A stretch of DNA of 64,000 bases from Octopus vulgaris (lineage: Eukaryota). The DNA is taken from the NCBI GenBank assembly GCA_951406725.2, contig OX597820.1, positions 63,674,001 through 63,738,000 on the forward strand, written 5' to 3'. The notes under the pieces are model-generated. The model saw nothing but the letters and a program-made list of their open reading frames with translations. It was not told the DNA's origin and ran no database searches. The position numbers and the translations under genes were made by a program. This document shows, piece after piece, positions 14,007 to 26,613 of this stretch. The stretch's first letter is position 1, and each line of letters starts with the position of its first letter.

Positions 14007-14695
14007 CCCCTCGGTAAAGCCATTATCAAAATTCAAGGTGAATGATGCGGTTGTTATCATCCAGAGCAGTCAGCTTATTTCTATGTGCGGATCGCTGGTT
14101 TTTTAACGTCTTAGCCTTAGAGATGAGGTCCGACCCCAATTCTATGGTCAGCTATTCTTTTTCCGGATTACAAAGTTACATCCTCTTTTCATTCAGTCAC
14201 TTTAAAAGTTTGGGCAGATCCAGACAGGATATCGACTCTTATTCCGGTCAAAACGTTTGTCAACGTTTGAGCCATCCAATTTTGCAAGCACTTCTCAATA
14301 TCTAAATCTTCCACTATCATCTGTAATGCATTGTGAACACAGACATATTGTGCAACTAACTTAAAGACTGCCATTATCAAATTGTAAGCGTTTATCAAAT
14401 TGTCCACTCAATAGCAACCCATGTCACTTGCGGCAATTTATGCTCTGCCGCTGTCCAGTTAGTCTCCACACCTGGTTTCTCCTACTTTAAGCTTCTTAAT
14501 ACGGCTATGCACGTTGCGGTGGTTAATAGCGTTGTCTCCATAAATAATATGTAGCCTGCACTCCTCGTTCATTAAGCATTGAATGACGAGACGTTGTTTC
14601 AGCCGGGAACCCATTGTTTGCCAACAAAGAACAAGGAAAGAGCTACTATTGAGAAATATGTATTCAATGACTGTACAATATGAACGATCCGTATC
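13187..14695 (-). mobile_element. Decayed, nearly full-length mariner transposon interrupted by a microsatellite block
   Basis: Minus-strand pieces KQRLVIQCL..IIYGDNAI..KKLKVGET (HTH), NWMAQTLT (WVPxxL motif), ICHGNTELH and PLYNPNLALFG (HDNARPH and YSPDLAP motifs), and a RW/C-KCI-like tail; TIR-like acacgagggtttttctgaaata near 13186. Confidence 0.7.
13727..14005. repeat. (TATG)n/(TATC)n compound microsatellite inside the mariner remnant
   Basis: Direct reading. Confidence 0.95.
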
Positions 14696-15448
14696 AGTTA
14701 ATAAAAGATTATCCGCTCCTTGCATTGCTCTCGAGATTCCATAACATGATATATTGCTGAAAAAATACAATTTCAAAATTTCATTTTCGACTTGCCATTT
14801 TCTATCGTGCCAATTTTTTCAATATTTTATAGATTTATGAAATTGTTAAACGACAGGATTGCCTTGATATAGTTTCCATACTTGGCATTAGATTAACTTT
14901 GAGAAAATAACATGTCGCTAAAAGTGTTTGTCTATGTTGCCAAGAGAGGGAACTGTCTCGTTTTCTATAGACAAGTGGATAGGTGGATACAGATAATATA
15001 AAACAGAACTCTTGTTATAACTATTTCGCCTCTGTGTTACATTTCTATATACATGTTGAATATGTTTAATAACTTTATTATGCAAGGTGCAACGGTATTT
15101 ACAGAGATACCGTTGCCAATAGAAGTCAAATGCATCTCGTCGTCTGTAGAATAACTTCATTCTATATGCAAGAAGTGCAGTGAAAACAAAGACGATTATC
15201 GCAGAAGTATAATCAAGAACGTCTGAAAATTATATTCGGGCAGTAGAAGAAAATCATATTTTTAATACTAAGAGAATCATGTCCATTCCCATTATTTTAT
15301 CAACGTATCATTCTAACTTTCTATTTTCTCGTACCTCTTTCCCTAGCCTATATATATATAAATATAAAGTTACGTAGTCTTCTTTCGGTAAATTCTTTAA
15401 AATATGCAGATCATAACTACCTACTCCATTCCCTTCAGCAACGCAGCC

Positions 15449-15451
<3 letters not shown>

Positions 15452-15498
<47 letters not shown>

Positions 15499-15512
15499 GT
15501 ATATATATATAC

Positions 15513-15592
<80 letters not shown>

Positions 15593-15675
15593 GTGTGTGT
15601 GTATGTGTGTGTGTATGCGTGTGTGTGTGTCTTTGTGCATGTATGCATATATATATGTATACGTATGTATATATA

Positions 15676-15727
<52 letters not shown>

Positions 15728-15790
15728 TATCTATATTTATATATATGTGTGAGTGTGTGCGTGAGTGTGTGTATATATATACATGCATAC
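15452..15790. repeat. (TA)n/(TG)n compound microsatellite
   Basis: Direct reading. Confidence 0.95.
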
Positions 15791-17197
15791 ATACATATAT
15801 AGATACGTATGAATATATTTACAGTTTCTTATACATGTGATACCTGTATTTTTATCTACACTGATTTAATTACTATTGTAACGTTGTTTCTGCCCTATAT
15901 ATATATATATATCCGTTTAAATATCTTCCGCACCAGACGCTAAAATCCCATTTCTAAATTCCATCTAGTGCAGGTTGACAGAAGTTCAATGTTTCGAATT
16001 CCAAAATGCATCTCGTAGAAATAAATTGATCGTTCCATAATTTGTCTTACAACTTTCTGGGTATAAATTTTAACAATATTTGACAAAATGAAATTTGTAG
16101 AAAGGATACATGCTTGAATTAGCGCTCGCGTGTATGCTAATAAAATTCTCATTTCAACATTGTATGCACATTCACACAATACAGATACATACATTCATGC
16201 ATGTTTGTATTGCATGTATATATATACATGAGGGCATGCGTGCATATATGTATACATGCATGTATGCATGCATGCATGTATATATATATGCATGTATATT
16301 AAATGACACAAACAGGAGACACCTACATTCAGCACTCCGAATTTAGACTCGCTCTCGTTACTCAGATGCGGTAACAAATGTTCAGTGCTTAAATTATTAC
16401 TTTAAAAAAATGTTAATCTATTTTAGCCACATTGGGGGCCTACTATTTCTGTTATTACATAGATGTTTCCTCCTGCTACGAGACATCCGTAATTAATATA
16501 GTATTAAACAAGAGGCCGATACGACTTGTCCTACCAAAATGCAAGCATATTACTAAGCAGCGTGTTTCGCAAAAGAACTGCACTTATGGATTTATACAAG
16601 ATTGATTATTCCAAGAAGATTCTATTATCATTAAACAGGGAAAGCTTGTAGTGAACACGTTGTTGCTGCTGAGGGACCGAAGCGAGAATCAAATAAACTG
16701 CATTGAATGTTATCTAGAAACTCTATATTCTGAATGTATGTGTTCCATAATTGTGTTATTTATTAAATCCAGTCGTCTATATCCACCGAAATATAGGTCT
16801 ATCACCTCTATTGCTACATCACGTAGTTTTCCTGTAAACATATAAGCATACATCTAAAAAATGTTTTTAAAGCCAAAACAATGCAAATTATAAACATTAA
16901 TAATACATTTCGATGGTTTTTGCGCTTCAAAAGAATTTTTAAATATCTATATATATATTGATAACAGCTAAAAAGCTAGAAGCAGTACATCTGGGAAGCC
17001 GACAGTGAGGCAGCACAGTGCAGATAGGGTGTTATTCTTCACGGTAACTGCAGTGAAGTTACCTTTAAAAGTCGAAATATATCATAAACATAGTTTAACT
17101 AACCTATGACTCGCACGCACATGCGAAAACACACAGTTTTATATGTGTATACACACACAAACACACACACACATACCCACACACCCACACCCACACA

Positions 17198-17442
17198 CAG
17201 AGTAATCCATCGCCATATCTCGGTTCACCTATATCGTGGTTCACTTATTGCGACTTATGATTTAGCTTACGTCGATTTCTCTATGGTATTGTTCTGCATT
17301 TATAACAAAATAAATATATACAAATAAATATATACAAAATAATAAAAAAAGTAAACAATATAGTAGTGTTTCTACTTCGTGGATTTCCACCTATCGAGGG
17401 GGTTTTGGAACATAACACCCGGGGTTGTCGAAGAATCACTAT
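17198..17442. mobile_element. pogo/Tigger-like MITE
   Basis: Imperfect terminal inverted repeats agtaatccatcg ... cgaagaatcact, with internal cacctat(at)cg motifs near both ends. Confidence 0.55.
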
Positions 17443-17887
17443 ATGCCCTTAGGCATGGCTTAATGGTTAGAGGCTTGCTTCCAAAACATGTGCTCATAGG
17501 TACTGTGTTCACGTTCCCTTTCCTTGTTGCTTTGCAAAAATGAACGGTAAAATAAGCCATAGGTCTTAGAAAAATAAGTACTGGAGGTTGAGTTATTCAA
17601 CTACATCCTTCGTGTGATAAAATATAGCAGACATTGCTTCCTGAAATCCACCGTATTTTTCCCCATCTAACACTCTCTCCCCTTCTCTGTCCCTCTATCT
17701 GAATGTACACATATGGGTGTGTGTGCGTGTGTGTATAAGCATTTATATATATATATAACACACTCTTACTCTCATCTTTCTTAACTAATTAAATAATGGC
17801 TTCCTAGCGCAAAAGACAAGACACACTTCTTATTGTTATTTTTCCGCCATTTTCTATTAAAAAATACACACATTTACACATACACAG

Positions 17888-17936
<49 letters not shown>

Positions 17937-18141
17937 CATATAAAGACAGATTGATACATGTATACCCACGGGCACGCACGCATACACATACACACACACA
18001 CGCACACACATATACATATATCATCTCGATACAAGGGCAAACAATTCACGAGGAAAATTATTCCCCCAAAATTTATATATATAAATTCCTGAAACATTAA
18101 TTTATATATATATATAAAATTCCCGAAAAATTAATTTATAT

Positions 18142-18288
<147 letters not shown>

Positions 18289-18420
18289 TATATGTATATA
18301 AAAATGGATTGTTATTTATGGCTTCATATATTCATTTCTTCATAAATAACAAGACCCCCTACGCCTGTATAACTGTATATTTTTAAGTAATCATTATATA
18401 TTCCATTATATAGATCCTGT

Positions 18421-18452
<32 letters not shown>

Positions 18453-19044
18453 TAATTCCTTTTCATTTTTCATCTACTTCTTAGCTTCATACTACTTCAT
18501 ATACCTTTGTTATAAATTTGCATTGTAACTCCACTCCTTACATGTTTTCCTCCACTTTGATGATATTGTCTTATATTCTCTTTTAACATATTTCAAATAT
18601 TTCAAATATGTTATTCTCCATCTTAGCTTAATTTTATTTCACTCTTCCAATCTCCCACATTTATTTTATTCTCTTATAAGTTTTCCGAGCAAAATATATC
18701 TTAATACTGCATTTTAATTGTCATCATATACTTAGGCAATATAACACACGTATGTTATATTTTATTTTAGTTCTTTACTCTCGCTAACAATCGCTGTCAC
18801 CTGATGTCGTCTTTTCAGTCTCAACAATATCACCAAGCTACATTATAAAATAGAAATTTCGGTACATAATTGATTGTCACATTCTAGCTTCGAACATTAT
18901 CAAAAATTGGAGAATTATTTCCTTTCCATATAATCCCCAGGATTAAATTCTAATAATTCTTCTCTCAAAACCTTATTGTTTTCTATGCAAAATTTTATTA
19001 ATAACTATTGCGTAAAACAGAGCTATATAATTTTTCCTGTTTAC

Positions 19045-19555
19045 CAGCTCCTCTTCCCCCTCCCTCTCCTTTTCTTTCTCTTCCTCCTCTTCCCACTCCT
19101 CGTTCTCCTCTTCCTCTTCCTCCTTCTCTTCCAGGTCCTCTTCCTCGTCCCATTCCTCGTCCCATTTCTGGTCCTCTTACTCGTCCTCTTCCCGCTCCTC
19201 TTACTCGTCCTCTACTTCCTCATCTTCCTCCTCCTCCGCTTCGTCTTCCTCCTCTTCCTCGTCCTCTTCCTCCTCTTCCTCGTCCACTTTCTAATCCACT
19301 TTCTCGTCCTCTACTTCCTCCTCTTCCGCGTCCTCTTAATTATTCCCTTCCTCGTCCCCTTCCTAATCCTCTTCCCCGTCCACTTCCCCCTCCCCTTCCG
19401 CGTTCTGCTACGCATCCTCTTCCTCCTCATCTTCCTTCTCCGCTTCCTCCTCCTCCTCCTCTTCCACGTCCATTTCCTCGTCATCTTCTTCCTCTTTCTC
19501 CTCCTCCTCCTCCTCCTCATCATCATCATCATTATCATCGTTATCATCATTATCA
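19045..19555. repeat. Polypyrimidine degenerate triplet repeat (cctcttcctcgt-like 12-mers) grading into (CAT)n
   Basis: Direct reading; source of the Pro-rich, Leu/Phe-rich and Arg-rich spurious ORFs. Confidence 0.9.
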
Positions 19556-19649
19556 GTTTACGCCTCAAAGCTCCCAGTCTTACTTACTTGTTCTTGTTGA
19601 TCCTGTGAGATGTCTTACACGGTCTCTTTTCGCAAATTATTAACTTTGA

Positions 19650-20130
19650 TATCTGGATGTTAACTTATCGTAGAAAACACTCAACACCCAAGCATCAATC
19701 TCAAAATCCTCGGTGCTCCCCAAAGCTCAGATTTTGGGGCCTGTTTTTCCCTCATGTCAATTACAATTTCTCCAACATATTTCTCGAACCTGGTTATTAA
19801 CGATGAAAGTGCCCCTACAAGTACTGGGGTGACAGTTACTCCCCTCTTTGTCCACATTCTTGCAATTTCGTTTTTTAATAATCTGTATTTCTCCATCTTT
19901 TCCAGTTCTTTGATAACCACACCTGCATCCTCGATCTTGGTTTCCATCTACTTTTTTTTATCCACCACAACCTTGTCTTGTCACCGAGCATCAATTAGGG
20001 AGCCACAATGGATGGTAGAATCCAACAGGATCTATATTCATTGTATTCACTGACACCCTCTATTTCATGATATTACCATTTCCGGGCTGTACCCAGACCG
20101 TACATTTAACACAGTCTCTAGTGCTTTTGT
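19650..20130 (-). pseudogene. Old Dong/R4-like non-LTR 3' fragment (restriction-like endonuclease)
   Basis: ORF 19681-19947 KELEKMEKYRLLKNEIARMW...TPVLVGAL...LWGAPRILR; upstream RKW*...RILLDSTIHC. Confidence 0.75.
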
Positions 20131-20173
20131 TATGTTTTAAGTTTTATCATTATTATTATTATTATTATTATTA

Positions 20174-20730
20174 TTGAGTTAGAGAGCAGTTCATGCCATC
20201 AAAGTGACACTGGGGTAAAATATACGAAGCCCAATATACCCATCATGACTACCCGTCTGATAAAGGTACACCAGGCACATGCATCACAACCATATGTGCG
20301 CGACATGGTTATCTCATATCAAGATAAACAGCACATGACCTTGCAGGTGGGGCCCAGTTAGAATTTTCTTCAGGTTGAGTAGCCCATCCTGCTCAAAAGG
20401 TCCCTGAATAAGGGTTGCTTTAGGATGTTGAACGAAACACCTATGTTTCCAGAAGTGAATTATTCAAACCCAAAAAAATCCCTCTCAACACATGGCCATG
20501 ATGCTCCCCCACTACTTCTGCTCGTAATCAGAGATGCACATATCGTCAGCCACTAAGGGACATGCTCAACTGGTTAAGGCCAAACAACTGACAAGCAAAT
20601 TTGTGGTATTGAGCAGAATATTTGCTGTAGCCCATCTTTTATACCAAGACAAAACAATGTACATGATAACACTTCCAATCAGTTAAGATCAGAAGCCATG
20701 AGAGCCACTGCCTGGTACTGCATCAGGGCA

Positions 20731-20731
<1 letters not shown>
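20174..20731 (-). mobile_element. Non-coding ~550-bp interspersed element flanked by (TAA)n, copy 1
   Basis: Reverse complement of 40703-41238 with the same two ends; (TTA)n tracts on both sides. Confidence 0.85.
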
Positions 20732-20805
<74 letters not shown>

Positions 20806-20809
<4 letters not shown>

Positions 20810-21185
20810 TAGTTTTATTTTTATAGCGTGCTTTCACTTCACTACCGAGCGCAGCTCTGTGTGCCTTGGGTATGTGGTGTGATTTGTTGTGATGCTCTGA
20901 TGGGTATTGTATGGAAAGTGTTCTACGTAGGATGTGTGCAGTGCCTAGTAGTGCAATTTTCTGTATGTTATATGTGTTTGTAAGTCCTGGTGTTTTTGTT
21001 ATGTATTTGTCTGAATATTTTTTTATCATGCCTAATGCACCAACTATGATAGGAATTGTTTCTGTTTTCAGGTTCCACATTCTAGTTACCTCTATTTCCA
21101 GGTCTTTGTATTTTGAGAGTTTCTCCATTTCTTTTAGAGACACGTTGTCATCTGCCGGTATTGATACATCAATTAGAAAGCATTT
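20806..21185 (-). mobile_element. Young 5'-truncated Dong/R4-like non-LTR retrotransposon 3' end
   Basis: Near-identical to 41641-42020; encodes FLIDVSIPADDNVSLKEMEKLSKYKDLEIE...ALLGTAHILR; flanked by (TAA)n on both sides. Confidence 0.9.
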
Positions 21186-21194
21186 AAAAAAATG

Positions 21195-21197
<3 letters not shown>

Positions 21198-21246
<49 letters not shown>

Positions 21247-21349
21247 CATCATTATTATTATTATCATCATCATCAACATCATCATCATCATCATCATCAT
21301 CATCGTCATCATCGTCATCATCATCATCATCGTCATCATCATCATCATC

Positions 21350-21394
<45 letters not shown>

Positions 21395-21575
21395 GTCATT
21401 ATCGTCATCATCATCATCGTCATTATTATTATTATTATTATCAATTTTTTTAACTTCCTTCTCTGATGATGGTAATGTCACTTTGCCTCCTCGTACAGCA
21501 ACAACAAAAACCAAAACAACAACAACAACAACATGAATTACTACTACTATTACTATTACTACTACTACTGCTACC
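21198..21575. repeat. (TAT)n/(CAT)n/(CAA)n/(TAC)n triplet microsatellite block
   Basis: Direct reading. Confidence 0.95.
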
Positions 21576-21871
21576 AACAGCATCCTTCCCTTTCATCCTT
21601 CTGCACTCAAATACACTTTTAAGATTTATTTATATTTCTGAATCCAAATTTTTACAAAAGAACTTCTACTACATTTCAAGAAATGCATGCAAGCCACGCC
21701 TACCAGGCACACATTATACTCCACTCACACACTGGATCTATTCATACAACCAGTACCTAAATATATAGAGCTCGCAACATGATGAAGCTAGTCACCAACG
21801 ATATGACGAAATCATTCATCGTTTTTTTTTTCTAAATACACATGCACGCACGCACAACACATACACACACG

Positions 21872-21977
21872 CACAACACATGCACACACGTCTCCACACA
21901 CAGAGGCATACACATAAACACACTCACAACACATGCACACACGTCTCCACGCACAGAGGCATACACATAAACACACT
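21872..21977. repeat. 53-bp tandem duplication (2 copies)
   Basis: cacaacacatgcacacacgtctccac(a/g)cacagaggcatacacataaacacact twice, one substitution. Confidence 0.9.
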
Positions 21978-22161
21978 CACACACACACACGTACACACAC
22001 ACAAAGACGCGCATGCATGCAGTAGTTAAACGCCCTTGTTTAACCTCAATTTTGCCCCATATCAGAGGACCTATCACCATAGTCATTTCGGCACAAACAA
22101 AAGTGTTATCATCTACAGATACATTGTATATTTTGTCCTTGACGCAAGATATGATTTGGAC

Positions 22162-22396
22162 GGCCGGCGAGCTGGCAGAATCATTGGCACGACGGGCGAA
22201 ATACTTAGCAGTATTTCGTCTGCCGCTACGTTCTGAGTTCAAATTTCGCCGAGGTCGACTTTGCCTTTTATCCTTTCGGGTTCGATTAAATAAGGACCAG
22301 TTATGCACTGGGGTTGATATAATCGACTTAATCCGTGTGTCTGCCCTTGTTTGTCCCCTCTGTGTATAGCCCCTTGTGGGCAGTAAAGAAATTGGC
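22162..22396 (+). mobile_element. SINE family B (tRNA-like head), well preserved copy
   Basis: A-box-like ctggcagaatc and B-box-like gagttcaaat; many related copies in the window. Confidence 0.8.
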
Positions 22397-24125
22397 ATTA
22401 AACTTATATTTTTTGCAGATCAAGTGACTCTTTGAAGACTCACTTCCTGGGTCACATTAAATTTATCTTATCTTGTTTTTGCTGTTGGTGCTGTTATTGA
22501 TATTGTTGTTTTCGTAGTTACTTGATCTCAATTCAGCACCGTTTGAGCAGACGTGGGATGAAATATTTTCCATTCAGGACCAAACACAGTACCTTTCTTT
22601 AAGTAAGTGCACGTTCAACTACAGTATTGAATGTGTTCTATTGTTAAATCAGTTGGGTGCTACTTTTGAGAAATTTATCTGTTACATTCTGGTAATGTGA
22701 CAACTATGCAATTCTGAACTGTTGGCACTGCATGGATCTATGGTTCAATGATAAAATAATATACGAATTTAACGTGATTATAGATATGAAAAACAATGGA
22801 AAGGAGTCCGTTGCAGTCTGAGTAACATTTTCCAAAACTAGTGAAGATAAGGGAAGAAGTTAGATCTAGACGGCAAATCTGGCACAAATGATTTCATCAG
22901 CATCCACTTTGCTAAATCTGTCAATCATTCGAAAATAGCAACGGTGTCTTTAGCAGTTCTGTATCTATCTTATAAAGTATATGTCGAGGATGCCGCACAG
23001 TGATATCGAAACGTTAAATTGTTAGTTGCGAATCGAACCTCTAACATTGAAGAACTGTTACTGGAAACGATACAAAGATAGTTAAATGAAAAAAAGGAGC
23101 GATGTGAGTGACAGAGAGAGGGGGTAGAAAGAGGGAGGGAGAGAAAGAGAACCCATGAGTCGATAGGTGAGTGAAGATTGCAAGTGATTTGAAGGATTTT
23201 GGAGTTAATAGCAGGTCAAGCGATGAGATAGGATCTTCTCTTCGATAGCTAGCTAGCAGCAGTAGCAGCAACAAATACAGCGAGGGCCGTGGTGGTGGTG
23301 GTGGTAGTAGTAGTAGTAGATATTGTTTAAAGATGTATCGAAGAGGCAGGTACGAGCAGATGAAGAAATAAAATAAGAACAAATAAAAAAGAAAAGAAAG
23401 AAAGACAGAAAGAATGAAAGAAAGAAGGAAAGAATAAAAGAAATGAGAGGAAAATGGAAAGAATCGAGGGGAGCTGGTGAAATATTCAAATAAGCAGATA
23501 AGGATTGACAAAAATATCACTGTGATATTTTTGAAATTATGTTTCTCCGTTTTTTTCTTTTTTTGGTGGATGTGCTTTATTATTACTTGTTTTTTTTTTC
23601 GTGCATATCTGAAAGCATAGAAAAGGATGAAGATGAATTATTTGATGTACTGGGACGGACGAATGAATTAGTGGAATGAAGACAGTTATCGATAGGAGAT
23701 TGATGACCGAATGACATTTTAGTAGAACATTGGACATTTATCATGTAGGCTCAGCTGGGTGCAACCAGCAAACATTACCGGAGGTAGAATGGTGCAAATT
23801 TGAGAGAGAGAAAGAGAAGAAGAGTTACAAAGAAAGAGAGAGATATACGTAGATGAGAGAGAGAGAGAGAGAGTCAGAGAAAAACTAAGAGCGGCAGGGA
23901 GGGGAAGGAAATAACGTATCGGCTTCACACATCATATTTTTGGCACGATTGCCAACTGCCACCTGTACAAATTATGTTTACGTCACGTCTTAACACACAT
24001 CTTCCATATTAACTATGTGATTCACAACTGAGCTGTTTAGCAAGAGATCGCATGTGTCGTCAACAAGACGCCACATAACTACAACTCACGACAATATCTG
24101 TACACATACACACGTAAATATACAT

Positions 24126-24165
<40 letters not shown>

Positions 24166-24347
24166 GCATACAGTCTAACACCAATATGTATGCGCATTTA
24201 TATGTATATATGTGTGTGTGTGTTTATATATATAAATATAATCATAAACTCAGGAGATATGAAAGGTTAATATATATTTATATAAACGCGTGACTTCCAC
24301 AACGATAACAGTCGCAAGATTCTTCCAGTCTATATCTTATATCACGC

Positions 24348-24406
<59 letters not shown>

Positions 24407-25062
24407 TATGTATATACGTATACATATATGGATACATTCCCATATACATTCACACACACATAAAAATAATATATATGCATATATATATATATATATAAAT
24501 ATGTACATAAAGATACACACACAGGCACATAGTCACACACACACACACACGTATATGTGTACAAGTATGTCCGCACATGTGTCGTTGTGTGTTTGTGTGT
24601 CTGTATATGTACACATTTGAGTTAATATAATTTATCTGTTGAGTTGAAAATCCCACCGTTGTGTACTTTGAGCTTCACTGTTTCCGGGTCGGAAATAAAA
24701 AAGATAATAACAGTCAAGCGTTGACGATCACATATAATCGTGTATTTCTCTCTTTCAAAAAGATATGTGGCTGTGTGTCTTTTCGTATGTATCTATCTGT
24801 CTGTCCATCTGTCTGCCTATCTATCAATCTATTTATCTATCTATATATCTATCCAGTGAAGAAGTTCGATGCAAGAAATATTTTCCACGTGGTGAATTGT
24901 ATTGAAACATATAAAAGGAGGGAAATTTATAGAATTTATGTGTATGTGTATATATATATATATATGTGTGTGTGAGTATATATGTATGTATGCATGCATG
25001 CATGTATGTATGTATGTATGTATGTATATATGCATGTATGTATGTATGTACCTTTCCTTTTA

Positions 25063-25443
25063 TCTTTTACTTGTTTCAGTCATTGATTGCGACCTTGCCG
25101 GGGCACCACCTTGAAAGGCTTTTAATTGAAATACTCGACTCCAGAACTTTCTTTTTTAATACTTGGTACTTATTCTATCAGTATCTTTTTGCTAAGTTAC
25201 ATAAACAAACCAAATCTTGTTGTTAAGCGGTCGTGGGGCACAACCATGGGCATGAAGATACATAAACTTAGATATATACACATATATAATAACGACAAGC
25301 TTCTTTCAGTTTCCATCTAACAAATTCACTCACAAGACTTTCGTGGTACCGACGTTCAAGTGGAAGACACATGCCTAAGATGCCACTCAGTAGGTCTGAA
25401 CCTGGAAACATGTGATTGGTAAGCAAGCTTCTTACCACACAGC
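25063..25443 (-). mobile_element. SINE family A
   Basis: Reverse complement of 50367-50750 (cttttacttgtttcagtcatt ... cttaccacacagc). Confidence 0.75.
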
Positions 25444-25735
25444 TTCGGCGTGTCTAATCATCACAAAGAAATTTGTGATAATACGCCAATTTTATGCTAC
25501 CATAAAAAGTTTTCATCCCATGTCAGTAAGACTAAGACAAATACTATTTGGCAAATGAATGAAGGGGAGGTAATTAGTGATTTTTTTCATTAGCAACAGG
25601 GAAGAAATTTACCTCTTTTGTTAAGGTGAAGAATTTACAAGTTTCTGAATTAAAATAGTCCTAATTTGACTATGCGTTCATATTCATACAAGATTGATAT
25701 TGTCCAACAAATCTAGTCTCTTGATATATACATAC

Positions 25736-25818
<83 letters not shown>

Positions 25819-26218
25819 AATGTATGTATGTATATATCAGTCCTCTCTTCTTGTTTTCAATTCGACCAGACTAATACACTCCCTATTTCTAGATCATTTT
25901 AAATACAAATAATTGACTCTGAAACACTGCATATAAATTTCCTACAAGAAATGACAAAGTTTAAAAATCTGATGGATCTCAATCATAAGGGGATCTTATT
26001 TGCTTATAAATTCTATATTTGGAAGGACTCCTATTAAACTCCGTTGAACTTTTGGATTTTACTCAAAGGATATTGGAATATTACATATATACCATTATGC
26101 CTATAAAACGGATTCACAACGTCAATAGCCATACATATCTTGCATCTATTTTCTTCCCTCCACCTCACTCTCTATTTTGTATCACATCTAAACTATGACT
26201 TAACTTTTTCTCTCACAC

Positions 26219-26272
26219 CGTCTCCGATGAACGGATGTTATTAATTAATATCCTAGAAACAGCTGTAAGACG
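26219..26272 (+). ncRNA. Minimal type I hammerhead ribozyme motif (U4C core variant)
   Basis: cgtct-CCGATGA-ac-ggatgtt(attaatt)aatatcc-ta-GAAA-cagctg-TA-agacg: 5-bp stem I, 7-bp stem II, palindromic CAGCTG stem III, GUA cleavage triplet. Confidence 0.7.
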
Positions 26273-26560
26273 TTCTATCTATAAATGTTCTAATATCTAT
26301 ACAGCCTTGGTTGTTTTATCTTATTACGCAAAAAATTCCTATATATATATGTATATATATATATATATATCAAGGGAGAATTCGAAAAAGAAGAAAAGAC
26401 GAAAACAGGTGGTGTAGGCAACAAACAGATGTATTAGTATAACGATAGGGAAGTGAAAAAGTCTTTAGCGTTTCGTGCCTACGCTCTTTCACGGAATGGA
26501 ACAAAGTAAGAAACAAGGAGAGAAAATAAAGAATATGTAGTAGCTAGCGATCTATCATGG

Positions 26561-26613
<53 letters not shown>

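Noticed and set aside
18790-18870. cctgatgtcg...gaaatttcggta possible hammerhead remnant
   Set aside because: Core is broken and no stem II could be drawn
18976-19643. 211-aa proline-rich and 210-aa hydrophobic ORFs
   Set aside because: Both derive from one degenerate CCT-type repeat; no domain or splice evidence
21173-21583. Poly-Asp/Asn, poly-His and poly-Ser ORFs
   Set aside because: Triplet microsatellite block
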